64,000 bases of DNA from Alphaproteobacteria bacterium (GTDB lineage: Bacteria; Pseudomonadota; Alphaproteobacteria; CAAHEQ01; UBA3637), in contig JAFYHG010000027.1 of assembly GCA_017539265.1 (NCBI GenBank), positions 13,886 to 77,885 on the forward strand, read 5' to 3'. Positions 1 through 9,516 of the stretch are shown in pieces. Positions within the stretch are counted from its first letter, which is position 1. The number at the start of each line of letters is the position of its first letter. The translations under genes were made by a program, and so were the position numbers. The notes under the pieces were generated by a model. The model searched no databases. It was given only the letters and a program-made list of their open reading frames with translations, and had not been told where the DNA came from.

Positions 1-2
1 TC

Positions 3-575
3 ATGGTTAAAGTTATGCCGGTTAATCGCATTGCAAATTCAGAAGATTTAAACGAAATTATTAACGGAATAGATCAAGCATCCCTTGAAGCTGCTCAAGC
101 AAAGGATCCAAACAAGCCAGCAATGAATATCAGATTAGTATGTATGGGCCACGAACCGGACCTTGGTGCAAAGTTGAAAGCTGAAATTAAAAAACAAGGC
201 TTTGATGTAAATGTTGAAGTTTATGATATTCTTCGCAACGACAAAGAGCTTGAATTTAAGCATCCATCTGAAGCAAACATCGTCAAAGAAGGTAATAAAC
301 TCGTAATTCAAGATTTCTTCCCAATGAATTTATTACAAAAACTATCTATCCAAAAGGAAAACGTTGAAAATTGGAAAGAACTTGTTGAATCTGTCAAGAT
401 AGATTGGAATTATGATGGAGCCGTCTTCCAACCGGCAGTCATTGATTATCCGGAAGATAAAAAAGACATGGTAAAAGGAGTGTACGACATCCCAGCAGAT
501 GTGGGCATTGTCCGTATAAAGATAACAGACCTTTTGTCTGAGAGCTTTGAAACGGAACTTGATTGGAGTAAATAA
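3..575 (+). CDS. Hypothetical protein, probably the 3' part of a gene starting upstream of the window. Its stop lies 2 bp before the start of the helicase-nuclease gene.
   Basis: ORF runs to the window edge. TAA at 573-575, next ATG at 578, so translational coupling is likely. No recognisable motifs. A Type III Mod C-terminus would be a plausible partner but cannot be shown from this fragment. Confidence 0.4.
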   Translation: MVKVMPVNRIANSEDLNEIINGIDQASLEAAQAKDPNKPAMNIRLVCMGHEPDLGAKLKAEIKKQGFDVNVEVYDILRNDKELEFKHPSEANIVKEGNKLVIQDFFPMNLLQKLSIQKENVENWKELVESVKIDWNYDGAVFQPAVIDYPEDKKDMVKGVYDIPADVGIVRIKITDLLSESFETELDWSK

Positions 576-577
576 CC

Positions 578-3265
578 ATGGCAAGAACTTCTTCCGAACA
601 AAACTTTTCATTTGAATTCTTTTCACATTTAAAGAACTTCTATTATAACAACAGACCAAGTATTCGCAAGCACTACAAAGAGTTAACAAAACGAATACTT
701 GACTATAATGACCCAGAAAAAGGTGATGCATTCCTTAGAAAGCCTCAATTTGAAGCACTAGAAATGTATATCTTTCTGAAAGAGTTTGCAAATAACAAAA
801 AAGTTCATGAAATTTTCCGGGATTGGCATGAAGGTAAGAATGGTTTTGAAAAAGAAAAACTGGTCATTACAGAGGATGAATCTGGCCAACAAAGTTTTAT
901 GAAAACCCTTGTATTTTCAAATGAAGATGAATATAAACGTGCTTTTGATTACTTGGCCAAGTCATCTCGTCAGTACGCGAATTATATCTTTGCACTTACG
1001 ATGGGTACCGGCAAAACAATCCTTATGGCTACCTGCATATTCTACGAATTTATACTCGCAAACAAATTTAGAAATGATGCTCGTTATTGTCAGAACGCCC
1101 TGGTATTCGCACCGGATAAGACGGTTTTACAATCTTTGCGAGAAATAAAGGATTTTGATATCTCAAAAGTTTTGCCACCGGAATACGCAAATTTTATCTC
1201 ATCGGCCGTAAAGTTCCACTATTTAAGTGATACAGATACAAGCTTATCTGTTCAACCGGAATCTTTATTTAATATTATCATTTCAAATACACAAAAGATT
1301 ATTATAAAGAAACAACACAAAGAAAAATCAAAATTGGAATTGTTCTACACACAACCATCAACTCGTGCTCTTCAAGAAGAGAAACCTGAAAAAAAGAAAG
1401 ATTCAACCTTTGATGCTATTGATGAATTAATGGGTAATTCGGATGTTCCGCAGGATGAAAAAGAACTAATACCAAATGCCCGTTTTCAACGTATCGCACA
1501 GTTACCCCAGCTGGGAATATACGTTGATGAGGCCCATCACTCTATCGGTAAAGAACTCGCTAGTAGCCAAACTAACAATAAAGAAGCAAGTAGTTTAAGA
1601 ACAACTATTAACGAACTTGCCAGTCGTTTAGATGCTTGTGGTTCACGCGTTGTTGCCTGCTATAACTATACAGGTACTCCGTACATTGGTAGAAGCATTA
1701 TGCCAGAAGTTGTTTATGCCTATAGTTTGGCGGATGCAATCAAAAACAAATATCTGAAGCAAACAGATCCTATCGCGTATTCGAATATTAAATCCGAAGA
1801 CTTTATACGCAATGTCATCAAGAATTTCTGGGAACAAGAAGGGGAAAAACGCGTAGAAGATATGTTGCCAAAACTTGCTTTTTTTGCAGCAACAATTAAA
1901 GAATTGGAAGAAGAACTTCAGCCCAAAATTGAAAAAGTTCTTGATGAATTGGGTATTTCAACTGATAAAATACTGATAAATGTTGGCGATCCAAAATTAA
2001 CGACAAACGATCAACTTCGCGAGTTTAATAGTTTGGATACGCCAGAATCAAACAAACAATTCATACTTCTTGTTGGCAAAGGACGGGAGGGTTGGAATTG
2101 TCGCTCTCTATTCGGCGTAGCTTTATTCCGTAAGCCAAAATCGACCATTTTTGTCCTTCAAGCAACCATGCGTTGTCTGCGGTCGATTGGTCCAAATCAA
2201 GAAACTGGACACATTTACCTCTCTGAAGAAAACTTAAATATTTTGGATGATGAACTTCAACGTAACTTTAACGTAACTCTTGCAGATATTAAAAAGAAAA
2301 AAGAATTACCCTCTTATACAGTTAGAATGGTTCCCCCCCCAGTTAAAATCACATTAAATCGTGTAAAACGTGTTTACTCTATAAAAAAGAAGAAAGAATG
2401 TCCAGAAGGAGTCGACTTTGGTTTGGATAGCCTTGATTATAACAACTACAAAGTTATAAAGACCGATAGGATATCTTTACTTACAACAATGGCAAAGGTA
2501 ACAGATATTACAGAAACAACAAGTAGACGACAGTTTAGTGCTTATATGCTTGTTGCTGAGATCGCTCGCTACTTTAACAATTCAGATGTTTCATGCTTCA
2601 TAATCAAGAAGATACTCGAGGCATCTAAGGAAGGTATAGCTAAAATTGTTGATACTGTTAATTTATATAACGATATTTTATATGATGTAATCATTCCAAT
2701 CATTTACAAAAACCTCTACGAAATTACATCAACCGACAATTCCGAACCAGAGGAGATTGAATTGGTTAAAATTAAGGATACCATTGATAAAACAGTGTTT
2801 ATTCGTAAATGTTCCGAAGATTTGGTTACCTCTATGCAAGATGCATATTTAAGAGATGTTGTTGAGAAAAGTTTTAATTTAGATACATATTGTTTTGATT
2901 CAACTCCAGAAATTGATTTCTTTAGAAAGTCTATATTTGACGACAATGTAGAAAAAATATACTTTACTGGTATGTTGACACATGGTGAATCTGATTTTTA
3001 TATTAATTATATAGATCCAGAAAGTCATACAGTTCGAAATTATTATCCTGATTTCCTAATAAAAACAAAAGACAATAAATGGCTTATTATTGAAATTAAA
3101 GGTGATAACCGGATTGATGATCCTGTTGTCCTGGCAAAAGCTGAATATGCACGCCGTTTAGCATCAGATAGTATGTTTGAGTACTATATGGTTAAGGGAA
3201 CGGATGCGAAAGACCTTGGCTTTGCGGCTCTTGATTATAAAAGTACTCAAGGTAGTTTATATTAA
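578..3265 (+). CDS. SF2 (ResIII/DEAH) helicase with a C-terminal PD-(D/E)xK-like nuclease motif, i.e. Type III restriction Res-like architecture.
   Basis: Helicase motifs seen: LRKPQFEALE (Q-like), TMGTGKT (motif I), VDEAHH (DEAH, motif II), YTGTPY (motif III), QATMRCLR (QxxGRxxR-like motif VI). Near the C-terminus, YPDFLIK ... LIIEIKG fits D...E-x-K of the PD-(D/E)xK fold. Domain order (helicase N-terminal, nuclease C-terminal) is as in Res subunits. Confidence 0.7.
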   Translation: MARTSSEQNFSFEFFSHLKNFYYNNRPSIRKHYKELTKRILDYNDPEKGDAFLRKPQFEALEMYIFLKEFANNKKVHEIFRDWHEGKNGFEKEKLVITEDESGQQSFMKTLVFSNEDEYKRAFDYLAKSSRQYANYIFALTMGTGKTILMATCIFYEFILANKFRNDARYCQNALVFAPDKTVLQSLREIKDFDISKVLPPEYANFISSAVKFHYLSDTDTSLSVQPESLFNIIISNTQKIIIKKQHKEKSKLELFYTQPSTRALQEEKPEKKKDSTFDAIDELMGNSDVPQDEKELIPNARFQRIAQLPQLGIYVDEAHHSIGKELASSQTNNKEASSLRTTINELASRLDACGSRVVACYNYTGTPYIGRSIMPEVVYAYSLADAIKNKYLKQTDPIAYSNIKSEDFIRNVIKNFWEQEGEKRVEDMLPKLAFFAATIKELEEELQPKIEKVLDELGISTDKILINVGDPKLTTNDQLREFNSLDTPESNKQFILLVGKGREGWNCRSLFGVALFRKPKSTIFVLQATMRCLRSIGPNQETGHIYLSEENLNILDDELQRNFNVTLADIKKKKELPSYTVRMVPPPVKITLNRVKRVYSIKKKKECPEGVDFGLDSLDYNNYKVIKTDRISLLTTMAKVTDITETTSRRQFSAYMLVAEIARYFNNSDVSCFIIKKILEASKEGIAKIVDTVNLYNDILYDVIIPIIYKNLYEITSTDNSEPEEIELVKIKDTIDKTVFIRKCSEDLVTSMQDAYLRDVVEKSFNLDTYCFDSTPEIDFFRKSIFDDNVEKIYFTGMLTHGESDFYINYIDPESHTVRNYYPDFLIKTKDNKWLIIEIKGDNRIDDPVVLAKAEYARRLASDSMFEYYMVKGTDAKDLGFAALDYKSTQGSLY

Positions 3266-3274
3266 GAGTGAAAT

Positions 3275-4795
3275 ATGCAAACATCGGCAGCAATTATAAA
3301 AATTTTATTTTGGAGTCTAATACTTTATTTGACGTTTAAACCAAAGAAAAAAACAAAAGGGGAAACATTATTGCAGAATAAGACGACTGCGAAGTCTACT
3401 ACATCTTCAGAAAGAAGTGTATCTAAACCCTTGGCAACGTATATCACTGAGCCAACATCACAAATATCTATTAATAAACATCCTATTATTGATGAACCTG
3501 TTAAAAAAGCTAGTACAAAATTATCTAAATTACAGCAAGATACGTTTGAGATTATTGAAAACACGAATAAAAACATATTCATCCAAGGACAAGCTGGCAC
3601 AGGTAAATCAACTTTTGTAGATTATCTTCAGTCTCATTCTAATAAACGCATACTTGTCGCTTGCCCAACAGCAGTAGCGGCAATAAACGTTGGTGGGTCT
3701 ACCTTACATTCTTTATTTAAACTACCGCTTAGTGATTTTCTGATAATTGATGAGATTATAAAGAAACCTCGGCGTACCCTTGCTTCAATTCTTCAAAAAA
3801 CTGACTTATTAATAATTGATGAGGTTTCAATGGTGAGACCAGATATGCTCGATGCAATAGACGCACTTTCAAGAATTGCACGTTGCAACAGAAAAGTACC
3901 ATTTGGTGGCTTACAAATTCTGTTGATTGGTGATCTTTGCCAGTTACCACCGGTTATAAAGAAAAACACTTATACGGTTTTCAAACAAGAATACGGCATC
4001 TCGGCGCCTTATTTTTTTGATGCTAAATCCTATAAAAATGGTAATTTTGATAAGATCGAATTCTCAAGAGTATATCGGCAATCCGATACAGAATTGCTGA
4101 ATAATCTTATAAAATTAAGAAATTACGAAGATTTAGATTCTGTTATAGAATACTTCAATAACTGTAAAATTACAGACAAAAATATACTTGATACAGCAGT
4201 TACCATTACTCCTTACCGAGCTGTCGCAGAACAAATGAATAAACAAAGGTTGGAGGCAATAAAGGGGACAGAAAAAAACTATGAATGTAAAACAACAGGG
4301 ACATTTGATGAGGTAAAGGATTCACCAGCTCCTAGAGTATTGACATTAAGAAAGGGAGCTCTCGTAATTTTTAATAAAAATAATGGGAGCAAATGGATTA
4401 ACGGGACTAGCGGTATTGTCGAATCATTAAGTGATAATATTATAGAAGTGCGGATTTTAAAAACAAATGAGATTGTTGCAGTAAAAAGAGAAGAATGGAA
4501 AATTTATCAATATGATATTGATAAAGAGACATCAAAAGTTTATGAAAAAGAGGTTGGATCTTTTATTCAATTCCCGCTTCAACTTGGTTACGCACTAACA
4601 ATTCATAAAGCACAAGGTAAAACTCTGGATAGTGTTATCATTGATATTGATCGTGGTGCATTTGCTCATGGACAACTCTATGTCGCACTTAGTAGGACAC
4701 GCAAAAAATCCGATATCCACCTTGTAAAGCCAATTTCACTATATGATATTATACAAGATGATCACGTAATAAATTTTCTTAAAGAAATACAATAA
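3275..4795 (+). CDS. Pif1/RecD-family (AAA_30) SF1 helicase with a hydrophobic N-terminal segment and a low-complexity linker.
   Basis: Motifs: GQAGTGKST (Walker A), LLIIDEVSM (Walker B/II), ILLIGDLCQLPPV, TIHKAQGKT, LYVALSRTR. These are hallmarks of Pif1/RecD/TraA-like helicases. Starts 9 bp after the previous stop. N-terminus (IIKILFWSLILYLTF) is TM-like. Confidence 0.75.
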   Translation: MQTSAAIIKILFWSLILYLTFKPKKKTKGETLLQNKTTAKSTTSSERSVSKPLATYITEPTSQISINKHPIIDEPVKKASTKLSKLQQDTFEIIENTNKNIFIQGQAGTGKSTFVDYLQSHSNKRILVACPTAVAAINVGGSTLHSLFKLPLSDFLIIDEIIKKPRRTLASILQKTDLLIIDEVSMVRPDMLDAIDALSRIARCNRKVPFGGLQILLIGDLCQLPPVIKKNTYTVFKQEYGISAPYFFDAKSYKNGNFDKIEFSRVYRQSDTELLNNLIKLRNYEDLDSVIEYFNNCKITDKNILDTAVTITPYRAVAEQMNKQRLEAIKGTEKNYECKTTGTFDEVKDSPAPRVLTLRKGALVIFNKNNGSKWINGTSGIVESLSDNIIEVRILKTNEIVAVKREEWKIYQYDIDKETSKVYEKEVGSFIQFPLQLGYALTIHKAQGKTLDSVIIDIDRGAFAHGQLYVALSRTRKKSDIHLVKPISLYDIIQDDHVINFLKEIQ

Positions 4796-4813
4796 AAATT
4801 ATCTATTTTGTTT

Positions 4814-5506
4814 TTATTCTAGACATTTATTTAAATCCCAGGGAGTGAGAAGTGCCAATATTTTTTCCGTTGGTTTTCCATTATCGGTTATAAAGATAAC
4901 TTCCAATCTTTTATTATTATTAAAGTCATCTTTAACCATCTCTTTTACCTCATCAACCGTTATGGTTTTTGGTATAAACCTGTAATGAACATCTGGATCG
5001 TTATATAACTCACAAAAATCCTTAAGATCTTTCATACAGATCTCATTAGTCTCCTCAATTATTTCTTGCTTATGTTTATTAAAATACAGCATAAGTGAGT
5101 GTGATGAGAAAACACCCTCTATAGCCCCATTTTTATCTAGTATTGGAGAACAGGTGTAATTTTTATCAAGCATCACTTGTATCACTGTATTAACTCTTTC
5201 ATTACCTGTGACTCTATATATTTTAGCTAAAGGTATTGCTATATCAATAGCTTTTGGAGGATACATTATCCTATCAGCTTCTGCCGCGAAAGTGGTGTAT
5301 AATTCATTAGTAAGATTGATAAATTTGCCATTACGAGCATTATCTTGATGTGTTAACAAATTTCGCAATGTTTTATAGAATTTCCATGTTCCAATGTTTT
5401 TTCCAAAACATTTATCGTCTAATATATTATCTATGTTAGGATTTTTCCTTTTGACAAAGCTTTCTATTTCAGTATATTTGCTTAAAAATTTATCTATTAC
5501 TGACAT
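4814..5506 (-). CDS. Hypothetical protein with an R-x4-H (HEPN-like) motif at the N-terminus and a CBS-like C-terminal half.
   Basis: TLRNLLTHQDN gives R-x4-H. The C-terminal half has CBS-like strings (SPILDKNGAIEGVFSSHSLMLYF; KILALLTPWDL). Lies on the same strand 91 bp downstream of the WYL regulator gene. Domain calls are tentative. Confidence 0.45.
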   Translation of the reverse strand: MSVIDKFLSKYTEIESFVKRKNPNIDNILDDKCFGKNIGTWKFYKTLRNLLTHQDNARNGKFINLTNELYTTFAAEADRIMYPPKAIDIAIPLAKIYRVTGNERVNTVIQVMLDKNYTCSPILDKNGAIEGVFSSHSLMLYFNKHKQEIIEETNEICMKDLKDFCELYNDPDVHYRFIPKTITVDEVKEMVKDDFNNNKRLEVIFITDNGKPTEKILALLTPWDLNKCLE

Positions 5507-5597
5507 CTTATAACCTTTCTAAATGAAATGTATACACGTTGAATTTTACTTAAAAAACATATAAAAATCAATACTAACTATTGACTAACCCACATTT

Positions 5598-6545
5598 TTA
5601 TTTTTCCTTTATCATTGTAGCCCAATTTTTGGGTTTAATAACTTTTACGTGATTACCCCAGGTATAAAGATGCCAATCCATTTCTTTTGAACCTCCGGCA
5701 CGGAATTTAACCGTTAAAGTTCCATCATCATTATGAATCATCTTTTGTTTGGGATGAAATTGATACTCTGCGGCACTACTGGCAACTTCCTTATCAAACA
5801 GCCATTCTACATCAAAAGGTTCCTCATGGAAAATGCCAAAAGACTGGGACATAAACTTTTCCAAAGAGAACTTTTTGTCTCGAGTGAAGTAATCCTTGGA
5901 AACTTTTATATTTCTAATACGGCTGATATCAAATGTGTACATTTGACCCCGCTTTACATTCCAAGCAATCAAATATGGCTTATTCCCATAAACAAAGCCA
6001 TATGGCCAAATAACCTTTTCCGTTGTTGCTACCTTACTTTCATAGGTAATTGTAATAATTTGACAACCCAAAATAGCATTTCTTAATATTTTCATAAATT
6101 CTTTATTGATACGGACTTTTGGGCCAGGGCGAAAAGCATATTTTTCAGATTCAAAGATCATCTCGGCATCTGGTTCATACTTGTTTAAAGCTGGTTTAGT
6201 CATTCCGGCCTTTATTTTATTTAATAATCGGTCAAGATTCTCACTGTCTTCTGGTGATTGTTCCTTCATTAAACGAATCGCTCGTTCTAGAGAATGTAGC
6301 TCTGGAAAATTGATAGCAATATGTTGATTTATTGTTTCAGGGGGAATACACCAAGACTTTCTATTCCCAGGGCCCTTAATCTCCTTCAATTGTGGGAATT
6401 GTTCCTTAATTTCATTTACATAACGAATAGCTGTCCGTTTATTTACCTGATATAATTCCATGATTTGGGATAAATTGACACCTTCCATAGAACTTTGCAT
6501 TCTGGTGACAATTTCCATTAAAATAGCGGTTTTTGTGTATGGCAT
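5598..6545 (-). CDS. WYL-domain transcriptional regulator (HTH + WYL; BrxR/CapW-like architecture).
   Basis: N-terminal HTH-like segment (LSQIMELYQVNKRTAIRYVNEIK). Middle region with the WYL signature (KPYLIAWNVKRGQMYTFDISRIRNIKV). Size about 315 aa, typical of this family. Confidence 0.7.
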   Translation of the reverse strand: MPYTKTAILMEIVTRMQSSMEGVNLSQIMELYQVNKRTAIRYVNEIKEQFPQLKEIKGPGNRKSWCIPPETINQHIAINFPELHSLERAIRLMKEQSPEDSENLDRLLNKIKAGMTKPALNKYEPDAEMIFESEKYAFRPGPKVRINKEFMKILRNAILGCQIITITYESKVATTEKVIWPYGFVYGNKPYLIAWNVKRGQMYTFDISRIRNIKVSKDYFTRDKKFSLEKFMSQSFGIFHEEPFDVEWLFDKEVASSAAEYQFHPKQKMIHNDDGTLTVKFRAGGSKEMDWHLYTWGNHVKVIKPKNWATMIKEK

Positions 6546-6605
6546 AGTACTCCTTTCTGTTATTGATATATCCTACAACAAAATGAAACAAATTGCAAGT
6601 AGTAA

Positions 6606-6622
6606 GTGACAAAAGTTGTCAC
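6606..6622. promoter_or_regulatory. Perfect 7-3-7 palindrome GTGACAA-AAG-TTGTCAC in the divergent intergenic region; candidate operator for the WYL regulator.
   Basis: Read directly in the sequence. Lies between the WYL gene start (6545) and the -35 of the plus-strand operon promoter. Confidence 0.45.
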
Positions 6623-6640
6623 CGATTTCCCTTTGATATC

Positions 6641-6669
6641 TTGACTTTTTGAAAATAATTCTGTATGTT
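6641..6669 (+). promoter_or_regulatory. Sigma70-like promoter TTGACT-17-TATGTT for the GIY-YIG operon.
   Basis: TTGACT at 6641-6646, a 17-nt spacer, TATGTT at 6664-6669. A GGAGG RBS sits ~10 nt before the ATG at 6707. Confidence 0.45.
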
Positions 6670-6706
6670 GAACGCGTTGTTTAACTTTTATTTGGAGGAC
6701 TAAAAA

Positions 6707-7150
6707 ATGTTGATAACTGGTACAAAAGAACAAGTTCATAATTTTCTAAAAACGGAGCCACATGAGTTTTATGTGTATGTACTCTGTGAACCCAACAAGA
6801 CTCCGTTTTATGTTGGGAAAGGCTGTGGAAACCGTATATTCCAACACGAATACGAAGCTGCACGCTCAGCATCTCGTAATCCCTACAAAACTAAAATGAT
6901 TAAAAACATTACGAAAAAGGATGGTAAGATTATCTACACAATAGATAGTGTACATAAAACTGAAGAAGAGGCTTTGATTCGTGAACGTGAGCTGATGCGT
7001 GAAATCGGCAGACCATTATTAACAAACCTGTCGGAAAAAGACTATAATACGACTCATGGTCGTTTGTACTGGTCTATTACGGGTATGTTAAAAGGCATCA
7101 ACAGAACTGTTTTTAGATTAACACATTCAGGAAAGGAGACATTACAATGA
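6707..7150 (+). CDS. GIY-YIG family nuclease domain protein.
   Basis: FYVYVL ... PFYVGKG ... NRIFQH ... EEALIRERELM ... LTNL reproduces the GIY/YIG/R/H/E/N catalytic pattern. Confidence 0.65.
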   Translation: MLITGTKEQVHNFLKTEPHEFYVYVLCEPNKTPFYVGKGCGNRIFQHEYEAARSASRNPYKTKMIKNITKKDGKIIYTIDSVHKTEEEALIRERELMREIGRPLLTNLSEKDYNTTHGRLYWSITGMLKGINRTVFRLTHSGKETLQ

Positions 7151-7461
7151 ATTTGGCTATGGTTTCGGGAACAATGGGTCCTATCAGAGATAAAGATATT
7201 TTTGTCAGAAATGACGGTGCAACAGTCGTAGATGGCTATATTGAAAAGACGTTTATGAAAGGCGAACAAGAGATCCGTAGTCATTATTACTTCACGGTTT
7301 CCGGAGGAAAAGCGGATAACTTACTAAAGTACTATCGGCCAGGTGATAGGGTTATGCTTACAGGGAAACTGGCAACCCGAGTTGACGAGGATGGACATTT
7401 TTGGGTTACTATTGTAGCATCTAGTTTTAGCAAGATGGATACGATAGATACGGATATTTAA
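7147..7461 (+). CDS. SSB-like OB-fold protein (short, no acidic tail).
   Basis: MNLAMVSGTMGPIRD ... ATVVDGYI ... YYFTVSGGKADNLLKYYRPGDRVMLTGKLATR ... HFWVTIVASSF parallels the SSB OB-fold layout. Overlaps the upstream gene by 4 bp (ATGA). Confidence 0.45.
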   Translation: MNLAMVSGTMGPIRDKDIFVRNDGATVVDGYIEKTFMKGEQEIRSHYYFTVSGGKADNLLKYYRPGDRVMLTGKLATRVDEDGHFWVTIVASSFSKMDTIDTDI

Positions 7462-7476
7462 GAAAGGAGAAAAATC

Positions 7477-7671
7477 ATGGGATTTTGGAGTGCTTTGTTA
7501 GGATTGGTTGATACACCGTCAAATAATGGATATAATAATGGTGGCAATCGTTATAATCGAGAGCCGACCGCAGAAGATTATATTCGTTCTGGTGAAATTG
7601 AAGAGGGTAATTATGATGATGGACAGAGAAATACAATTGACGAACACGGTCAATTACCAGATGACTGGTGA
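7477..7671 (+). CDS. Small protein (64 aa) with a hydrophobic N-terminus and an Asn/Gly-rich, acidic tail.
   Basis: AAAGGAGA RBS 6 nt upstream. In-operon position. No homology recognised. Confidence 0.35.
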   Translation: MGFWSALLGLVDTPSNNGYNNGGNRYNREPTAEDYIRSGEIEEGNYDDGQRNTIDEHGQLPDDW

Positions 7672-7729
7672 AGCTTTATTATCATATAGTTAATTATATA
7701 AACGGATTTTTAGAAAAGGAGACCATATT

Positions 7730-8149
7730 ATGAATACACACTTTATTCGCATTTGGAAAAACCATATTAAAAAAGAAAATGGTATTACAACAGAGTTTTT
7801 ATCAGTAAAGCCAAGCCCATTTAATAAGAAAGAATATGTTATGCCCGTTGTGGGGGATTATGCATATGTTTACCATTTGATACATGATGCAGAACCTTAT
7901 GAGAACACACCAGGCCGAGGACTTGATTGCTATGGAAAAATAACAAAAGTCACTGAAGAAAAAAGGAAAGTATCAATTTCGCTATCAGTTGAAAAAGAAA
8001 TGTATCCTAAAATTTTCAGATGTGATCAGCTGAAGGGATTAACGTACCCCAATGAACTAGATAAATGTATGTCGAATAGTTGTAATGAAGGTATAAATTT
8101 ATTGTCCCAAGAAGCAGATGACTTTTTACAAAAACAGTTTAATCAATAA
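7730..8149 (+). CDS. Hypothetical protein (139 aa).
   Basis: ORF within the co-directional operon. AAAGGAGA RBS upstream. Confidence 0.45.
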   Translation: MNTHFIRIWKNHIKKENGITTEFLSVKPSPFNKKEYVMPVVGDYAYVYHLIHDAEPYENTPGRGLDCYGKITKVTEEKRKVSISLSVEKEMYPKIFRCDQLKGLTYPNELDKCMSNSCNEGINLLSQEADDFLQKQFNQ

Positions 8150-8164
8150 ATTAAAGGAATCCCA

Positions 8165-9475
8165 ATGACAAAAGATATCCATACAATCAAATGCCCCAAA
8201 TGTGGAGAAGTTTTTCCGATTGATGAAAGCGGTTACGCCGCTATTGCCAGCCAAATTCGCGATAATGAGTTCCGAAAGGCTTTGGAAGAACGCTTTGAAC
8301 AAATGCAAGCGGATAAAGAAAGTGCCCTGAAACTTGCTCAGGTAACCGCTGACGCTGATAAAGAAAAATCTGTTTCTGCATTAAATCATCAAATTGATAT
8401 TTTAAATCAACAGCTAAAAACGATTAAAAAGGAAAGCGAACTTGATAAAGAGCAATCCATTGCGGAGTATAAACAGCAAATTACGGAGCTTCAGGCTCAA
8501 ATCAAGGCCAATGAAAAGGATAAAACCATTGCTGTTAATGCCGCACTGGAAGAAAATAAAGACACTTTGGTTGAAAAAGATAAAGAAATTATTGAATTGA
8601 AAGGGAAACTCCAAGGCGCCGAAAAGGATATCAAGCTTCAAGAGAAATCTTTAAAAGAAAAATACGAGATGGAATTGAAAAATAAGGACGAACTGATTGA
8701 TTATTATAAAGATTTAAAGATAAAGATGTCCACAAAAATGCTTGGGGAGACACTTGAACAGCACTGTGAAATCGCATTTAATATCATCCGTGCAACAGCT
8801 TTCCCAAATGCTTACTTTGAAAAAGACAATGACTCCAGAACAGGCAGTAAGGGGGACTATATTTTCAAAGAATCCACCGAGGATGGCATAGAATTCCTAT
8901 CCATTATGTTTGAAATGAAAAACGAAATGGATACAACAGCAACAAAACATAAAAATGAACATTTTTTCAAAGAATTAGATAAAGACCGTCAAGAAAAAGG
9001 ATGTGAATATGCCGTTTTGGTCTCTTTGCTAGAGTCGGATAGTGAGTTATATAACACGGGAATTGTTGATGTTTCCTACAAATATCCGAAAATGTATGTT
9101 ATTCGTCCACAATTCTTTATTCCTATAATCACTTTGCTCCGTAATACTTCCATGAATTCTGTTCAGTATCGCCGACAACTGGTCGAGTATAGAAACCAAA
9201 ATATAGATATTTCAAACTTTGAGGCTAAAATAGAAGATTTCAGAGACAAAATTAAGAAAAATTATCGTCTAGCAGGAGAGAGATTTAAAGCAGCAATTGA
9301 AGAAATTGACAAAAGTATAACACACTTGCAAAAAATTAAAGATGCCTTGCTTTCCACAGAAAGTAACTTACGCCTTGCTAACGATAAAGCTCAAGATTTT
9401 ACCGTCAAGAAACTCATTAAGGACAATCCGACAATGCAAAAGAAATTTGCAGAACTTAATCCACCAGAGGAATGA
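8165..9475 (+). CDS. DUF2130-like protein: N-terminal CxxC zinc ribbon, long coiled coil, and a C-terminal region with a D ... E-x-K (PD-(D/E)xK-like) arrangement.
   Basis: [29 protein letters not shown] matches the DUF2130 N-terminus as I remember it. Heptad-rich K/E middle. KGDYIF ... IMFEMKNE near the C-terminus. Confidence 0.6.
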   Translation: MTKDIHTIKCPKCGEVFPIDESGYAAIASQIRDNEFRKALEERFEQMQADKESALKLAQVTADADKEKSVSALNHQIDILNQQLKTIKKESELDKEQSIAEYKQQITELQAQIKANEKDKTIAVNAALEENKDTLVEKDKEIIELKGKLQGAEKDIKLQEKSLKEKYEMELKNKDELIDYYKDLKIKMSTKMLGETLEQHCEIAFNIIRATAFPNAYFEKDNDSRTGSKGDYIFKESTEDGIEFLSIMFEMKNEMDTTATKHKNEHFFKELDKDRQEKGCEYAVLVSLLESDSELYNTGIVDVSYKYPKMYVIRPQFFIPIITLLRNTSMNSVQYRRQLVEYRNQNIDISNFEAKIEDFRDKIKKNYRLAGERFKAAIEEIDKSITHLQKIKDALLSTESNLRLANDKAQDFTVKKLIKDNPTMQKKFAELNPPEE

Positions 9476-9516
9476 GTACAGAGCTAAAAGATTTATGTAA
9501 GCATTGATTATATAAG

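Noticed and set aside
3-575. Calling the first ORF a Type III Mod methyltransferase.
   Set aside because: Only the C-terminal 190 aa are in the window and they contain no methyltransferase motifs (no DPPY/FxGxG). The call cannot be supported.
909-3950. Small internal or antisense ORFs (for example 909-1148, 1643-1837, 2716-2946, 3325-3600, 3417-3620, 3756-3950).
   Set aside because: Embedded within or antisense to the well-supported helicase genes. No RBS and no coding signal.
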